DNA of 64,000 nt from Raillietiella orientalis. Lineage: Eukaryota. Under the pieces are notes generated by a model that saw nothing but the letters and a program-made list of their open reading frames with translations, searched no databases and was not told where the DNA came from. This document shows, piece after piece, positions 1 to 14,500 of this stretch. Numbering within the stretch: position 1 is the stretch's first letter; every line of letters starts with the position of its first letter. Location of the stretch: positions 3,844,001 through 3,908,000 of the forward strand of contig JAYWIR010000012.1 of the NCBI GenBank assembly GCA_036172245.1, given 5' to 3'. The position numbers and the translations under genes are program-made.

Positions 1-155
1 TTGTTTTTGATTCGGAATTATTGACTGCTTCGAAGCAGGCTCTTCCTCCCGTGTTCAGTGTCTCCTCCCATCTCGCTCGCGCCACTGCTTCCCGCTGCTT
101 TGTGTTGATCCATCGTTCTGTGTTTTCGTACCCAAACTCCAGGAGACGGCATGGA

Positions 156-262
156 ATGGCGACCGAATTTACTCCCTGCACCGCTGCTCTCATGCAGCCC
201 ACGAGCGTCGCCGCTATCTCTCCCGCATCTGTTCCCAAACATCCAAGAGATTGGACATTCTT
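156..262 (+). CDS. Candidate alternative first coding exon of a short Trio GEF2 isoform (MATEFTP...RDWTF)
   Basis: ATG at 156, open frame up to a TT|GTAAGC donor at 262/263. The phase (2) matches the acceptor of the 5541 exon. No homology support. Confidence 0.3.
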
Positions 263-2332
263 GTAAGCCTCTCTTCCTCCCTCTCCTCGTCCTCCCCTGT
301 TGCGTTTTTTCCTGTTTGCAATTCACAGCCGGCCATTCATGCGCATCTGATGTGTGCTTTTCCTGCACAGCTCGTCGCTCCGTCGACTGCGGGGATCGCT
401 CCTGCCTTTTAAAAGACGAGTGTTCCGCACCCTCTCCTGGTAGTAGTAGGTTCGACACTCCTGGGTGCCATACATTCATTTTTTGGCTGGAACCTTCACT
501 CTTCCACACGGGCTCAGTCGCCACCAAACAATTTGTTTTGCTTTCCTCTTTTCCTTTCGGTCCTTCAGCGTTTCGGTTTTCTCTTCGGCACACACTGAAT
601 GGAGTGTCGTGCACCGTGTCATTCGTTTCTCACATGCACTGAATGTTGGTCCTGCCGAGGAATGTGGAAAGACAGGCACCCCGATAACGCGGTGGGAAAT
701 CTTCAAAGCTCGTGATCGAAAACGATTTCGAAACGTCTAGTCAGCTGTTTGCTTCCTCGTGAGGAACGTCGCTTGGCGTGAATCCCTCCGAAGCCCACAA
801 AACAGTAGGATGTGGTGCGTCCAACTGCGGAGACGTGGTGGTGGTGGCGGTGGTGGTGGTGCGCTTTTTCGCTTCATACGTCCGATTGCACGTGAAGCTG
901 TGAGGAGGGCTGGACGGAAGGCGCGCGCCACGCTGTTTCTTCTCCAGCCGGACGGTCACCCCGCACCGCGCTTCTCTCAAAAGTCACGTGGACCCACCCC
1001 GTGTGCACTCTGGGCCATCGCAGGAGCGGGCTCGCTTCTCTCGTGAACTTTCTACCTCTTTTCTTTTCCTTTTTTACCCCCTAAGGTTTGTGAAGTTTTT
1101 TTTTTTTTTTTTTTTTAATGCGTTCCTGTGAACTGCAGATTATGGTGTTTTGAAGTGCATTTCGTAAATGCATTCTTTGCTTCCGTCTTGCTTTCATTTT
1201 TCCTTTCCTTTCTGCCTTCTAGCCCTCTGCCTCGGGGTATCACTCTGCGCAAAATGTGTTTCGTAAAAATGAAGTTTCCAGGTTTTCAAAGGTTCCGTTG
1301 TTCGGTTCCGTGTCGAGTGCTTTCGAAGTCGTGTTGTGTGTTTGCTGTGCTTCCCCGTTCGCCAGCAATCCCAATTCCACGTTTTGCGTATTCCATAATG
1401 TCTGTTGCAACGATAAGCTCTCATAACGATTGCGGTCCTGAATTCCAGTTTCTTGATGTTTCCAGAGAGTTTCCTCTTCCCGGCCGTTCGTCCCACTGAT
1501 TACGTGTCTTTGTTCGTGATTTCCGGTGCAAGAACGTCCTCCCCCCCCCCCCCCCTTCCAGCCTTATTAATAGTGTCTGAGCATTTATCTGGTTTGCCCT
1601 GCATATGTGTAGATGCATTTGGATCTCTCGTCTCGGTTCTCGCGTGCATACTTTTTTCCCTTTCATCTTCTTTTCCTTGTCCTGAGGATCGGAGGCCAGG
1701 TACCACGAAAGATTCGTTTCGAAATACTTTCCAAGCACCAAACGTGCTAGGAAATCTTTTTCTATCACCGCCGTGTCGGTGTTGCATCGGGAGGTACCTC
1801 GTGGAATTCCTTTTCTCTTGAGCTAATGGACCTCACGCGAATCCTGTGTTTGTTTTCTCACGATGATTCGAAGGCTTGCCTCTGTAAAGACGTCTTATTA
1901 GTCTTCGGGAAAGGAGCGAACTTTCGGGCTCCCAAGTTTTGTGCACTGATTTTGTTGGAAACTGCGGTGAAGAGTAATGGGGATGGAGGACACGTTGTGT
2001 TGTGTACGGCTCCTGCTAACTTTGATGAAAGTCTTTATGTGTGTGCTGTTTATTATCCGATTCAAAGGCACTTGCAGCTGCCTGATTCCGGAAGCAAGAT
2101 GCAACTTTTCGTATTGATCCTCCTGTGTGTCTTCTGAGACAGTCACGTCTTTCCGTTCTTGCTTGCTGACGTTTGAATTTGGTCCGCTTAGCCTTTCCTT
2201 CCGTAGTTGGCAGTTTTTGGTTTATTGATAAATAGAAAGCTGTCTTCGCGTCGAGTGATTTGATCGTGCGTGCTCTTCGCGTACCTCTCTGCCTTGGGGA
2301 TATGAAAAACGTGGCGGTAAAAGTTCAGAATT

Positions 2333-2334
<2 letters not shown>

Positions 2335-2390
<56 letters not shown>
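2335..2390. repeat. (GT)n microsatellite
   Basis: Pure GT run of about 55 nt. Confidence 0.95.
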
Positions 2391-2394
<4 letters not shown>

Positions 2395-4581
2395 AGCTCC
2401 CTACCCTTCGACTTTGAACACACTTGATTACACTCCTTGACGTGTTTCTGCGGAAACATCCTTTGATGTTCCATAGACAAGAGACTCTTGCTACACGTGT
2501 TTCCATTCTGTGTTTTCTTCAAAGGAAAGCCATTCGATTCGAACCATTTTCCATGCGTTCCGTTCCCCATACGTGTTATGAATGTTCTTCAGCGATGCTA
2601 TCCGTGTTTATTTCCGGAAAGGAGCGCATTTCTTTGATCAGCTGATTCGCTCTTAAATTATCCCCGGAAAAGTGTAGCTGTCCCGGATTTTGCTCACAAA
2701 TTACGAAACGTCTCCTTATCGAATACCTCCACGTATTTATTGCATTTGTCTTGGAGATCTCTGGTAGTTGTTATTTCTGATTTCCAGATATTTATATTCC
2801 AGTGTTATTTGCACAGCCCTTCAATCAATACATATTCCTCATACTTTCAATGTACCAAAGGTACATTGAAAGTTCTCTGGAGGTTCAGTAATGGTCGTGT
2901 TCTTCCATAAACACATTTCATCCATTTCTCTGTCATCGAAAATTTATTTCTTAAGTAATCTTGTTGTGTCACTCCCGTTTGTATCTGACATTTCTTCAGG
3001 AGGTAGGGAGTGCAGTAAGGATCCACGTCAGCCTTCCTGTTTTGTAAACATTCTTTTTCGCTGTTTTCGATTTTCGTGTAACTATGTGGAAAAAAGGGAA
3101 AAAAATGACTTGGATTTTCGTTCTTTATTTCATTTGCTTTGTCACTGCATTACCCGGATCAGATCCATTTTGTCACTCGTTTGGTTCATGCACACAGGCA
3201 TCTGAACCCTTGTTTTTTTCACAGGCGACCCTTGTTTTTCGTCATAGCTCATAACGTGTGATTTCATTCTTCTTTATGGTTTCTACCCTGAGGAGGATTC
3301 CTCATTCGTCACTTCTCGTGATGTCACAGTACTTCCGGTCTTTTGCTCCTTGCTGAATACGACCTGCATCGTTCTTTTGGGCGGAAATTTTATAAGAAAT
3401 GGTTTTCTTTCTTTGGGGAAAGGGGGGGGGATTACCTTATTGTATATCCGTTGTTTGTAAATAATTACGAAACATTGCATTCCAGACCATGAATTACAGT
3501 ATGATTTGTAGGGCGCCTATTCTGTGACGTTTGCTGCATTCGGGAGGTTCGAAAAGATGTTAAAGTTCTCCCGTATCTCCTTCACCATTTTAAAGAATTG
3601 GTACCTGCTTTTTGGTTTATAAACGATACTTTCGCAATCTGTGCGCGTACGTGTGTGTGTGTGTGTGTGTGTTTTTTTCTAATCATTGGGCGAAAGCTAT
3701 CTGGTTGTCCCTTAACGCACCACTCCTCCACATTTCTCCACAGGATTTTCATTCCAGATTTCAAGTACCGCCCTAAGGAAATAAAGCACACCCACTCTTT
3801 TTAGAAACCCCATGGAGGGTGTCGGTTCGGTTTTCCCGATTCTATAGGTTTTCTCTTCGTTCCTGTTTGCAGTTTTGCTGTGTAAAACTTTGTAGCGATC
3901 TTCGAAAGCGAAGGGTGCACACCCACCAGCACCCCCCTCCCCCGCCTTTCTTCTTCTTCTTCTGACGTAAATCATACCTCACAATTGACCAAAGCGATAC
4001 TCATTATATTTTGTTGCAAAACTGGGTTGTGTCGTTTCGGCACACAAGCTCTGCATGCCTCTGCAATTTCCTTAATTACTTGGAGGCATCGGTTATGTAA
4101 TCACTGTCGCATCGAAATTGCGTGAAATTGCGATTCATTTCGCGTGATATCCTCCGAGATGATTCCGATGCGGATGACTCCGTGCAGTGGTGTGCATGGT
4201 AACGACGTCGAGTAGGTGTCACTTAATTGTCACTTATTCCCGGGAAGCACTGCGTTTCCCGTAAAGTCGGTATAATGATATACCTCGCCGGGACGTCATT
4301 TGCCATTTCGCCGTTTCTTCTTCTTCGTTCTTGTTTTTCAATCCATGTAATGGTAATGACTTTCCCGTGGGTTGTTGTTATTTCGTGGAAACGTTGCTGA
4401 AGTGGCCCTCCGTAATCCCAGAACGGCATCGGAATCCAACGGCTCTGCAAGAAGTCTTGCCGGTATCAATTGGCAGCCATGAGTTGCTCTCTCAGGCTGC
4501 AGCAGCTGTGTCTTAATTTCGTGTGTTTCATTACTCACCTTCGGTGGGTGGAATTCGTTTGTTCTCTTCAGTCGGAATGCC

Positions 4582-4584
<3 letters not shown>

Positions 4585-4624
<40 letters not shown>
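4585..4624. repeat. (AC)n-(AT)n compound microsatellite
   Basis: Directly visible. Confidence 0.9.
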
Positions 4625-5540
4625 TTAAAAAAGAAAGAAAGAGGAACTTTCATGGTCTGCATCAAATGCTTGAATCTGTAAAACAAATCATCCGGTTTGT
4701 CGTGAAGTAAACCACGAGGATTTGTGTGTGGCCACTGTATGTTTTGAATGTCGTCTCAGTGGGAACCCATTTATCCACTTTGGGCTTTCTATTTGCAGCA
4801 TCTTGGGGGTTGTTTGTTTTCGCACTGCCGACTTCAGTCAAGTTGCGTTGCGCTCTTTTTTTTTTTTAAAAAAAAAAAAAAGAAAAAAAATTGAACTTTT
4901 AGGAAATCATGCGCTTCGGAATTCCCACCGAATGACCAAATTCTTTTGCCACTTCCTTGCGGGAGATTCATACAGTCTTTCGTACCGTGCTTTCCTGTCT
5001 TTCTTTCAAGGCGAAAATTTCTGCGCGATAGCTCTGCCGTGTTGTCATGTGCACCAGAGGTGCCTCTTGGAAACGTCGAGATCGGACACGCACCTCTTCC
5101 GCGAGGTTCGCGCTCGGCTCCTGCAAAGGGGGAAACGCTCCTCCGATCTTTCGCACCCTCCGAAGGAGCGGAGCCCGCGGCAGCGATGCGGCGCGCATGA
5201 CCTGTCGCCCGGGAAGGGAGGAAGAAGCCCGCCGCGCGTCTCCCGGAGGTGCGCTGGAAGCCGGTGCGGGTGGTGCGCCCTCTCCGTTCCCAAGGTGCGC
5301 ATCCTCCGCACCGCTCGAATCACCTCGTGGCACGTGAAGATGCCGCCGCACAAGGAAAGCCCGTGTCATTTCTCACGCGCGCACGCACACTACGGGGTGT
5401 TTTGCCCCTTGCCCATGTTCGGGCGAAAGAGAAATCGAGTCACCCCCCCCCCCTTCTTCTTCTTCTTCTTCTTCCTGTTTTTGAGCTTCTAGCTACTTTT
5501 TTGATTTGTGTGTGTTTTTAATGTTTCGTTGTCACACCAG

Positions 5541-8500
5541 CAGAAAATGGCTGCCGACTACTCTGCGGAAGCTAAGTCACAGTAAGGGTTCCGTAGACAA
5601 GGAGAAATCTGGACTGGTCCCAGAAAATGATTCGGATACCAGATATTCAGCTAAAGTGCAAGAACCAATTGCAGATTTAAGTGTAAGTTTATTTTTATTC
5701 ATCTACTTCTGATGTCGTGTGCTGTGCGGTGCTGAGTGCTCCTCTCCCACCGCTGGAGCCTCATTTGACTCTGCTCCTTTGCCTCGCATTTTTTTTCTTC
5801 CCCTTCCCCCCCTCCCTCCCACCCTTTTTTTTTTTTTTTTTTTTTTAAACCTTTTTAGGCTTTGCCGTCGGTTTGCATCGAAAGGCTTCCCTATTCCTTT
5901 GCACGCTTGCGTGTGGCGAAGTGTTTTAAACGTGTTTTTTTGTGTGTGTTTAATGGTACAACTTTGTGAATTTGATGCAAGAGGACTCTTGCATTGTAAA
6001 TTTAATGGAGTGTAACAGTTAATTCTGAACACGCTAGTACGAAGTGTGTGTATGTGCGTTTTCTTTTTTTCTTTTCTTTTCTTTGTGCACACCTTGCTCC
6101 CCTCTGCTGCTGGTCGTTCGATCAGCTTTTGAAGCCGATCCGGTGGTTTTCCTTGAGACCCCCAAAAGGGAGCCCACACCAAAGTGTTGCTAACCGTTTT
6201 CCCACCTTTCTCCGCCCAGTTGACGAGTGTTTTGTTCGAAACTGGAGATTTCCCAGTGTGGGGGAATCGGGTCGCCGAGATTTTGCGCGTACGTCTCTCT
6301 CAGCATCACTTCCACCCTCGCGCCGGAGCGTTATTTGCACTACGGCTGCTCTTCCTACGGCAGCCGGAAAAAATTCGGGAGTCCTTCGGGTGCAAAAAAT
6401 TTGCCAAGAAGATCGATCCCCTCTCCCCCTCCCCCCGTACCCTTCCTTCATGCCGTGTCGGTAGTGAGTTTTTTTTTCCACGCCGGATCAGACGTTTGCA
6501 GAGCGCCTTTTCCACCGCGTTGCAACTTGTGCGATGACGTGTGTGTCCCGTTTCCTTCTGGTGCACGCTCTCAGTGAATGGAAACGCCCATGCCGTGCGA
6601 AGGATGTCCAGAGGTGTTGGCTTCCCCTGATCTTTGCCTGGATCTGTTTTCGCTTTCTCCGTTGAATGCTCAATGCTGAAAGGCGGACGTGAATCGCGCC
6701 CAGAAGGGCGAATGCCTTCGCACGGCTGACCCCTCCTCTGTTGGTGACTTTTTCTCCCCTCTTTTTCTCCAGGTAGTAGCTGCCTGCTGCTTCCGCGAAT
6801 TTCGGCGGAAAATGCTCACAATCTTCTCGAAGACGTGCTCTCCCGTGGCACAGCGCGTTTCCCGCTCCTTCCCTCTCGAACCGCTTGCGGTTTTGTAAAA
6901 GTGAAAACAAAGCAAAACGCAACTCGGTATTGTAATTTGACCTTAATAGCATTGATTCAAGTTCATAACCAACGTCAGACTGATGATCGTGACATTCCTT
7001 GACATCAGAGGAAATATTTCCGATGAGCAGGCAAAAAGTTGGAAATGAACTGATGATTCGTCATTTCTACTTTTTTTTCTCTCTCTCTCTCCTTCTCTCT
7101 CTCTTTTCCTTTTTTTTTTTTTTTTTTGTGTAATGATAATGTTTCATTAATGCCTCCCCTTTTCTTTGCATCACCGTTGATAAGGTCGGATTTTGCTTTA
7201 GCAGCGCTTCAGTGTATTCTCCTCTCTTCCGGGAAATGGATGTGCCCAATTTGCTCAGTCCGCAGTAATTGTCATCTGTCAATGGGAATAACGTGTTGTA
7301 GCTCCCTGATATGATTACCAAATTGCAGTAGAAGTGTCATACGAATATGCAGTGCGATGTCGAGGTCAGCTAATGCAAGTCCAGTTTCAAGACGTACCAG
7401 TAGAAAATTCGGAGCTATGAACGATCTTTTAACGAAAAGATGCGGAAAAGTGGGTGAAGCTTTGTCCTCCCTATCACTCATGCCTCTGTGGATAGCTAGA
7501 AGTGTGGAGGTAAAAAAAAAAAAAACAAAAAAAAAAAAAACATGGAAGCATTGTGAAACCGCAGTGCGAGGTTGCAGTGCGAATTGCATGCTTGTTGTGT
7601 GTGGGAGTTTTTCCGAACTGTTTGCATCCATCCGGTGGTCCACGTGCGACACGGCAGCGGTTTTTTCTCTGTCGGTGGATGACAGCGGCACGGGGTCGCA
7701 TCTCCGGAGAGCGGATTTGCAGTGGCAGATTTCCCCGAAGCATCAAACCCGTGCGTGTCGATCGATCCCGATGCGTCCGTTCTTGTGCGAAGTGAACGTC
7801 AAGAAGATAAAGGCGCGCGCGTCTTCTTCTTCTGCACTTGGTGTATGGGACCTCTTCTTCGCACGGCGCCCTTTTTTGCGTTCGCGGCAGACCTGCCAGA
7901 CTCTCCACGAGCTTCCTCCGAGGTTCCGGGTGCGCTTGCCCCCCCCTCCCCCCCCACACACACAGCGCATACGGATGCAGGAGCGTCGTTTTGATAACTT
8001 TCAGAAGCAGCAGCAGCTTTCCCGTTTGTTTCCGGCCCCGTATCCGGTCCGTTTTAAGGAGAACGCGATTTCACGTGCTCTTCAACACGGAACAAAACGC
8101 GACTGGCCGAAGTCTGTGGAAGAAGGGGTTGCAGCGCACCGGATCGCACTTGGCGAGCCCGCTCGAAACCTGCTCCAGAGTCGAAAAGGCTCCGTGTAAT
8201 CGTGGGGGTTTGGGGGGGGGGGGCACCTCCTTCCCTCTCGTCTTCCTGTTTCCCTCACGAGCCCGGTCCGTCCGATTCTCCGCCGTCTCTCCCAGTAAAA
8301 TTTGCAAAGATTCCAAGTCGCGCTGGAATGGACTGCCGGTTGGTACGGCTGTCCGCTGCACTCCGCGCGGGTGAAGTAAAACCATTTTTCAGGCCTCTGC
8401 TCCTGGCAGAAAGAAAGAAGTACGGAATATGTGGTATGTGCCTCCCCCTCCCTCCGTATGCTTTCTTCTTTCCCCTCCACCCCCTCCCTCCTCCCCCTCC

Positions 8501-11500
8501 TCTGTGCAGTTGCATGAATCTCCAGGATATTCGATTCGTTTCGAGTGTGCAGGATGCTTTGCGTGCTCCTCGCCGGGCGCCCAGCTTCATCACTCGTTCC
8601 TCACATGTTTGGTGTGCTATTATTATTTTTATCTGTACTGCGTCAGATGCGTCTTCGTATTTGGGGAGCAGGGGGTTAGCTGGTTCGGGGGACAACCAGG
8701 AGTTCCGATACGCCAAGTAGTCGGATAACTTCAGGTGGCGTTCCTGCGTGACGATGCGAACTTTCCGGGGTTCGGTTTTAGGGTTCGTTCGTCGGTCTGC
8801 TGGGGGTCTGCCGTCGCTCTTCCGGTGCGTTCTTCACAAGCCGTCGTGATGCCGTCGGCCGGTTCCAACTTGTTAGAAAATAGTGGTCGTTGAAAGTTGC
8901 TCGATTCTTCGTGCGTTCTCGAAACTCGGCCTGCTCTCGCAAAGCACGGGGAATCGTTCCTCCTGCCTTTTTTCGCCCTTACGTCACTGCCGCGAGCTCT
9001 CCCGTGCCGAAAAGATCCTCTCCACAGTAGCTGTTGCAATGTACAAAGAACTTCTTGCCATAGGATCGATTGAGAGCACGGAGCGTACATATGTGTGTGT
9101 GTGTTTTTTCTTTCTCTCACAATACTTTGAGCAGTGCCACTGTGTTTTTTTGTTTTTTTGAGTTGGGACCCCCTCTCCAGGTTCATCGTTTCGAATTTTT
9201 GTTTCAGATTAGGCACCTTCTTGCTTGGATGACCACCTGCGGATTGAAATTTCCGTATTTACCATCTCGTGCTTAAACAGGGAAACGCAAACGAGAGTCC
9301 ACAATATCGTTCTTGAGATTTACTTTTCCCTTTTCTCTTCCCCCCCACCTCCCCTCGTATTTGCACGCGCGATAGTAAAGCAAATCCTTCCTTCCTTCCT
9401 CCCTTGTCTTCCTCTCACCGAAAAGTTTTCCGAAATGAAAGAAAGAAAAGAAAAAAAAGAAAAAAAAAAAAAAAACAAAAAAAAAAAAAAAAAGGAAGGC
9501 GGCTTCTGAAAGCATTCAAAAATCAGCCCTTGGCATGCTGTCAGATGAGTGTTTGACTTTTTTATTTCATTTTTTTTTTTTTTTTTGCTTCTTTCCATCC
9601 GTTTCTGAGACTTTTCCGAAGGATTTCGTGCGTGACTTGTTTTAAGATCCAAGGCGATCATTCGATCCTGCACGGTGCACCCCTATTTTTCATGCTCCAG
9701 TCGTTGCCTGCTCACTGGATGCCCGCGTGAGCGTCCGACGTTCTGCCTTTTTTTTTTTCCTTTTTTAAATCAAGTTCCGGGGTTCTCCCGATCAGAATGA
9801 AAACAGAGAGAGAATATGTGGTACACAACTGTTTTTTCTTCCTTTTTTTTTTTTTTCTTCGTTTATTTTGCCAGACGGATGTTCTTCTGCGGGGTTGTCT
9901 GGTGTGTTGTCACTCGTGCTCTCGTGCGTGTTTGAGGTTCTTTTCGAGTGCGGTTTTTGTTGCAGGAAGTGTCTGGCTGTGGGCTGCACACTGTCATCGC
10001 ATGCCCCGCCACTGTGTTACGGTTGTGATAGGTAAATCGTCACGGGGGGTGGGGGGAGCCGCGAAGGAATCTGTGCGTAACGAAACGGCTGGAGAGAGAA
10101 CCTCATCCCGGAAAGATCGAATTCTTTTGCGGCCGAAAAGTTTGTTTTGAAAACTCGGAACACGGCTCTCGACGGACCGACGAGTGCAAATCGATTTTTC
10201 GCTTTCTTTCTTCTTCTTCTTTCCTTTTTTGCTACTATTTCACCAGTTTTGTCCTGAAGATCCTATGGCATTCCCCCCCCCCCCCGATCAGAAAAGTTCA
10301 AACGGGCGTGGATTTTCGTGTGAATCGCGGAATTGCAGCTCACACCTCATATTCATACCTCACAGTCAAAAGGAATCGATATTACAGCAAGTAAAAGGGT
10401 TTATTGTCCAAGAGGCCTTATGTTGCTCAGTTTTCTACTTCCTGATTCAATCCCGTGCCTCCCCTCCTCCCCTTCTACTTTTCCAATCCATTATCGGGTT
10501 TTGATCCAAACCTCGTTGAGGGTGCGAAGCTGCGTGATGGAGCTCATGACGGTGATTCCGGCGTTTCGGTGACATCCGCGCGAGTCATCGTCCATCCTTC
10601 TGAGTGGCAGCTGCAAAAATAGGCTGACGTTCGGAATCCGAAATTCGATTTTGGTTTTTCAGCCCGGTTTTCTCCCGACGTGAGCCTTCGTGTCTTTCTC
10701 CGCTTAGTGGACGCGGTGTGGCTGAAAAATTTCTTGCATGCGTGCACACGCACTACCGGTCAGTTAAATGAGTTGCACGAGGTCTCATGAAGAAGGAGGA
10801 GGCAGGAAAAGAAAGAAAGAAAGAAAGAAAAAGAAAAAAAGAAAAGAAAAGAAAAGAGGCTGAGAGGGAAAGAGGGGGGGAGAAAGGTTCTCCGGTGCTA
10901 AGCTAACAAGATGTGCGTGTTGCAGTACGGAAGAAATTCGAATGGCGTCAACAAAGTTGGCAGAACGAGGAAGCGTGCAGCACGCGTTTGGCGGGGGGGG
11001 GGAGGGAGGGGGTCTTGGCTTCCTTCTGCAGGGGGGGGGGGGGGCAGTTCCGAACCGGTGCTTCCACCCTCAGCCTCAAAACGCTCACTTTTCACATAGT
11101 AACGAGTGCTTACATGCTTGGTGATTACCCCATTCGATATGACGACCGCCATTATTCTGTGGCTGGGAATGGGAGATTTGCCCAACCTAAGCAAAGCATC
11201 CGTTCGTGTAACCGATTAGGTGTTGCGCGGGTTCGAAAGGATGGGAGTTTCCCGTATTTCGGCCCACTAAAAGAAGCCTATCCGAAAAGTAACTCGTGCG
11301 AAAAAGGAGGGGGAAAGGCCAGTGTTTCCCATCGCTTCACAGCCGCGGCACGTATTCCACGATTAGTCAGGATTTAATAAGGAAGTTCCTTTGCCGAGGT
11401 CGTCGCGACCCTGAAAGTGTGCGTTTTCGCATGCGCCCGAAACGCTTCGGGAAACCTCTTCCCTTGGGCGTTGATCTTTTGAATGCAATGGCCCTTCCAT

Positions 11501-14500
11501 TAAACGTGTTTTCGCCGCTTATTTTGTGTCATCTGGGTTCCCAGGTTTCGCGGTGCGACCTTCCGTGTCAGCGGCAGCTAAAGCTGCCTCGGTAATCTCA
11601 TTCCAGCGCGTCGGCAGTGGGTGTGCAAAGTTGATGATTTCCGGGTAGTTTAGCCACCCCTTTGATGCTTGCCCGTCTTTGATTCGGCAAGCCTGGATTC
11701 TTGCGCCGACTTTCGGTGGAGCCGTTGCCGGCGAGGAAGTACTTTCTCTCTCCCTCTGTTCCGCTCTTGAGGTTCAAACAACGAAGCTCTAAGCGTTTTT
11801 TCTTCCGCATCCGAAATTCCGCGCAATGATGTGCCGGAGCGGAGAGCGTTGCTTTCCTTGCAGCCTGTGATCTCCTAAAGGTTCTGAAAGGAAAGCGTGT
11901 CGATCGATGTAGATGCTCTTACTGCGAGCCCAGCAAGTTCGTTCGTTCGCCCTCACTGCTGCTGGAGATCCCCCCCCCAATCCAGAGAGACACCATGTTA
12001 ATGAATTTTCCGAAGAAACCATTCCATGCTGCTGCTGCTGCTATCGCCGTCACAATGTGCGCTGATGAGGGGATAACGGCGGTTTTGATCTGATGGGGTG
12101 TTTGTGGGGAGTCCAAGGAGGACTTGCGTTCGCCGAATCCGCAGCTTCGGTGCCGACCGAATTCCAAGAGGAAGTTTGCATGCGAAGAGAAGGCGCCAAC
12201 GGACGAGTCGAATGCCCCCCAAGGAAGAAGCAAAGTAGAGCGGCCCGGCATCAGTTTATCGTTGGCGTTCACTTCCATTAAAAACGTAGGAGCTTATGTA
12301 CTCCATCCGAGCTCCTTGCGTGCATCTGCCTGCCTTCTTTTTCATTAACTGGTGCTCTAGTCATTTTATGTTATTTTGTTTTTTTAAAAAAAAAAAATAC
12401 TGGGAGCATCGTTTTCTGACCGCCAGGGAGACAACAGCCTGTGGTCCATGAAAAGTAGGAATGCATCGTGTTCCTCTTTTCTTTTAGAAATCCTGGGCGG
12501 TTTTGTCGGGATGTCAGACGCGTATCACGATGGGTTCCTTCTTTCTAAACTGCAATTCATCCTCTCCCGAGGAATTTTTCGCTGGCTTTCTGCGCCGTTA
12601 CACCCTGTTTGATGGCCACGTTCGCTGATGCATGATCTGCTCGTTCGCAGTCTGAATGTGCTCTGCTGCTGCAAGGCAAACCTGCGGCCTCCGCTGCGTG
12701 CTGCCCTACTGCTCCACGCCGACTGATTGCTTTGCCTCCGTCCGATGCATCCTCAAGATCGCAGGATTCAGGCTGGCTGAGGAACTGCGGTGGTCTCCAG
12801 CGAGCATCGCGACGTCATCGTCGTAACATACGTAAAGAGCGCCTGCGATCGGAAGCGGGCGACTTCTTGTGCTCGACCTTTGCGGATTGCTTGTTTGGGA
12901 CGAGCCCCTGTAACGTTTCGAACTGTGAGGAAAATTCCAAGGATTTCCTTCTTTTTCTTGTTTTGTTCCTTTTTTTTTTTTTTTTGTTTGTGGGTGGTAG
13001 CGGCTTGTCGTGATCAGCTAGGTTGGCCACTGTGCTGAAACTGGTGATTGGTGAAGATTGGTAGTGGCGACCAGAGGTTTTCACCCTTGCAGCAAAGAGG
13101 AACATATTCATCCAACCTTTAGGGCTTTGTGACGTCGGGAACAGCTGCCAAGCATCCGTTCAATTTAAATTCTTTGAAAGTACGTCTCGTGTCACCTTTG
13201 GTACAGATGCCCTTCCGATACTCCAAATGTTTATTGCGCGGCTCCGTTGGGATCACGAAAAGATGGTTATCTCAAGAAGATCTCTACCAGATTAACAGTT
13301 GTCCTTGCGTTCCCGTTTTGTTTTTTTTTTTTTTTTTTTTTTTTGACGGAAACGGAATTTGTATGAGTAGTTGGAGTTCTGCGCGCTGTGGTGATATAGC
13401 TCTCCAGTGTGCGAGAAGGGATTCGGACTTGTAAAGGTGATATCGCAAAAAAAAGTGGGGAAAGTGAATAATATCGTGGCTTTCGGGGTGAAGAACTTCC
13501 CGATGTAAGAATCTGGAGCTGAACGGGGGGGAGGGTGGTGCGTGCTTTCGCGGCATGTTAGCCCGAAGGACTATTGTAAGTGGCAACGGTTACGCGGAAA
13601 CGTTTTCGGCTGTCTTTCATTTGGGAAGGATTGTATGCGAAAAAAAAAAAAAAAAAAACAATCGCAGATGAGATGTAAGCATATCATCAGGAGGTATACC
13701 AACGACTCTTGTACCGTTGCTTGCACGAGATGGATAAGACTTGGATTTCGAAAGGCCTGCATGATCCAGAAGGATGCAGTGGATGTTGTCTTCTTCGCCG
13801 GTTGAAACGTTCGTTTGTGTACGGAAAGCCTGTACGTTGTGCGGGTCTTTGTACGTTCGCGTTCCTAGCAAACTGCTGCTCTGTTATGGTTTGGTGTTCC
13901 TTGGTTTCTTGGATTAGCGTTGCTTGGCTACGGGAAGCGAACTCGTTCCTGTTGCTGGCTCGTGGTAGCTTTGACGTGTGCCCTGGATGCACCGTTATCG
14001 ATGGACTCCACAGTGCTTTTCGCGAAAAGCATTGGACAAGAGATCAAAGCATTGCAAACTCCTCTCACCAAATGAAAGGCCTCATTTGAGAGTGACTTGA
14101 TGAGTAATGGAAAAATTTTGCATCAGTGAGAAAGATCTGAAAGTCCACTGGTTCTTGAGTAAATGGGGATTCCAAGGTTCGACCTTTCGGTGTAAAGCTT
14201 TCAGTTTCGCGCTGATTCAAAGGTTGAAATGATGAAACATGGCTTCGGCCTTCTCGAAAAATGGAGTCTTTTTCGAAGGGGCGATGCATCGATTTCATTT
14301 GTTTTTCATTTCCTATTTTGTTATTTTTTTTGGATTATGGTTGCTGTTGTTGATTTCGAGCAACAAATCGTCTTGTAAGTACCCGCGGAAGAAACTTTGT
14401 AAGCTGAATCGAGGGCTTCTCTCTTAATAGAACGGGTTGACCTACACAAAATCATTGATGCCAATCACTGACGACCAAACGCAAGTTCACGAATTAGGAA

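Noticed and set aside
6979..7070. CTGATGA motifs (also 12062 and 42584) as hammerhead ribozyme cores or C/D boxes
   Set aside because: No properly placed GAAA with flanking stems could be formed; the 42584 instance is within coding sequence.
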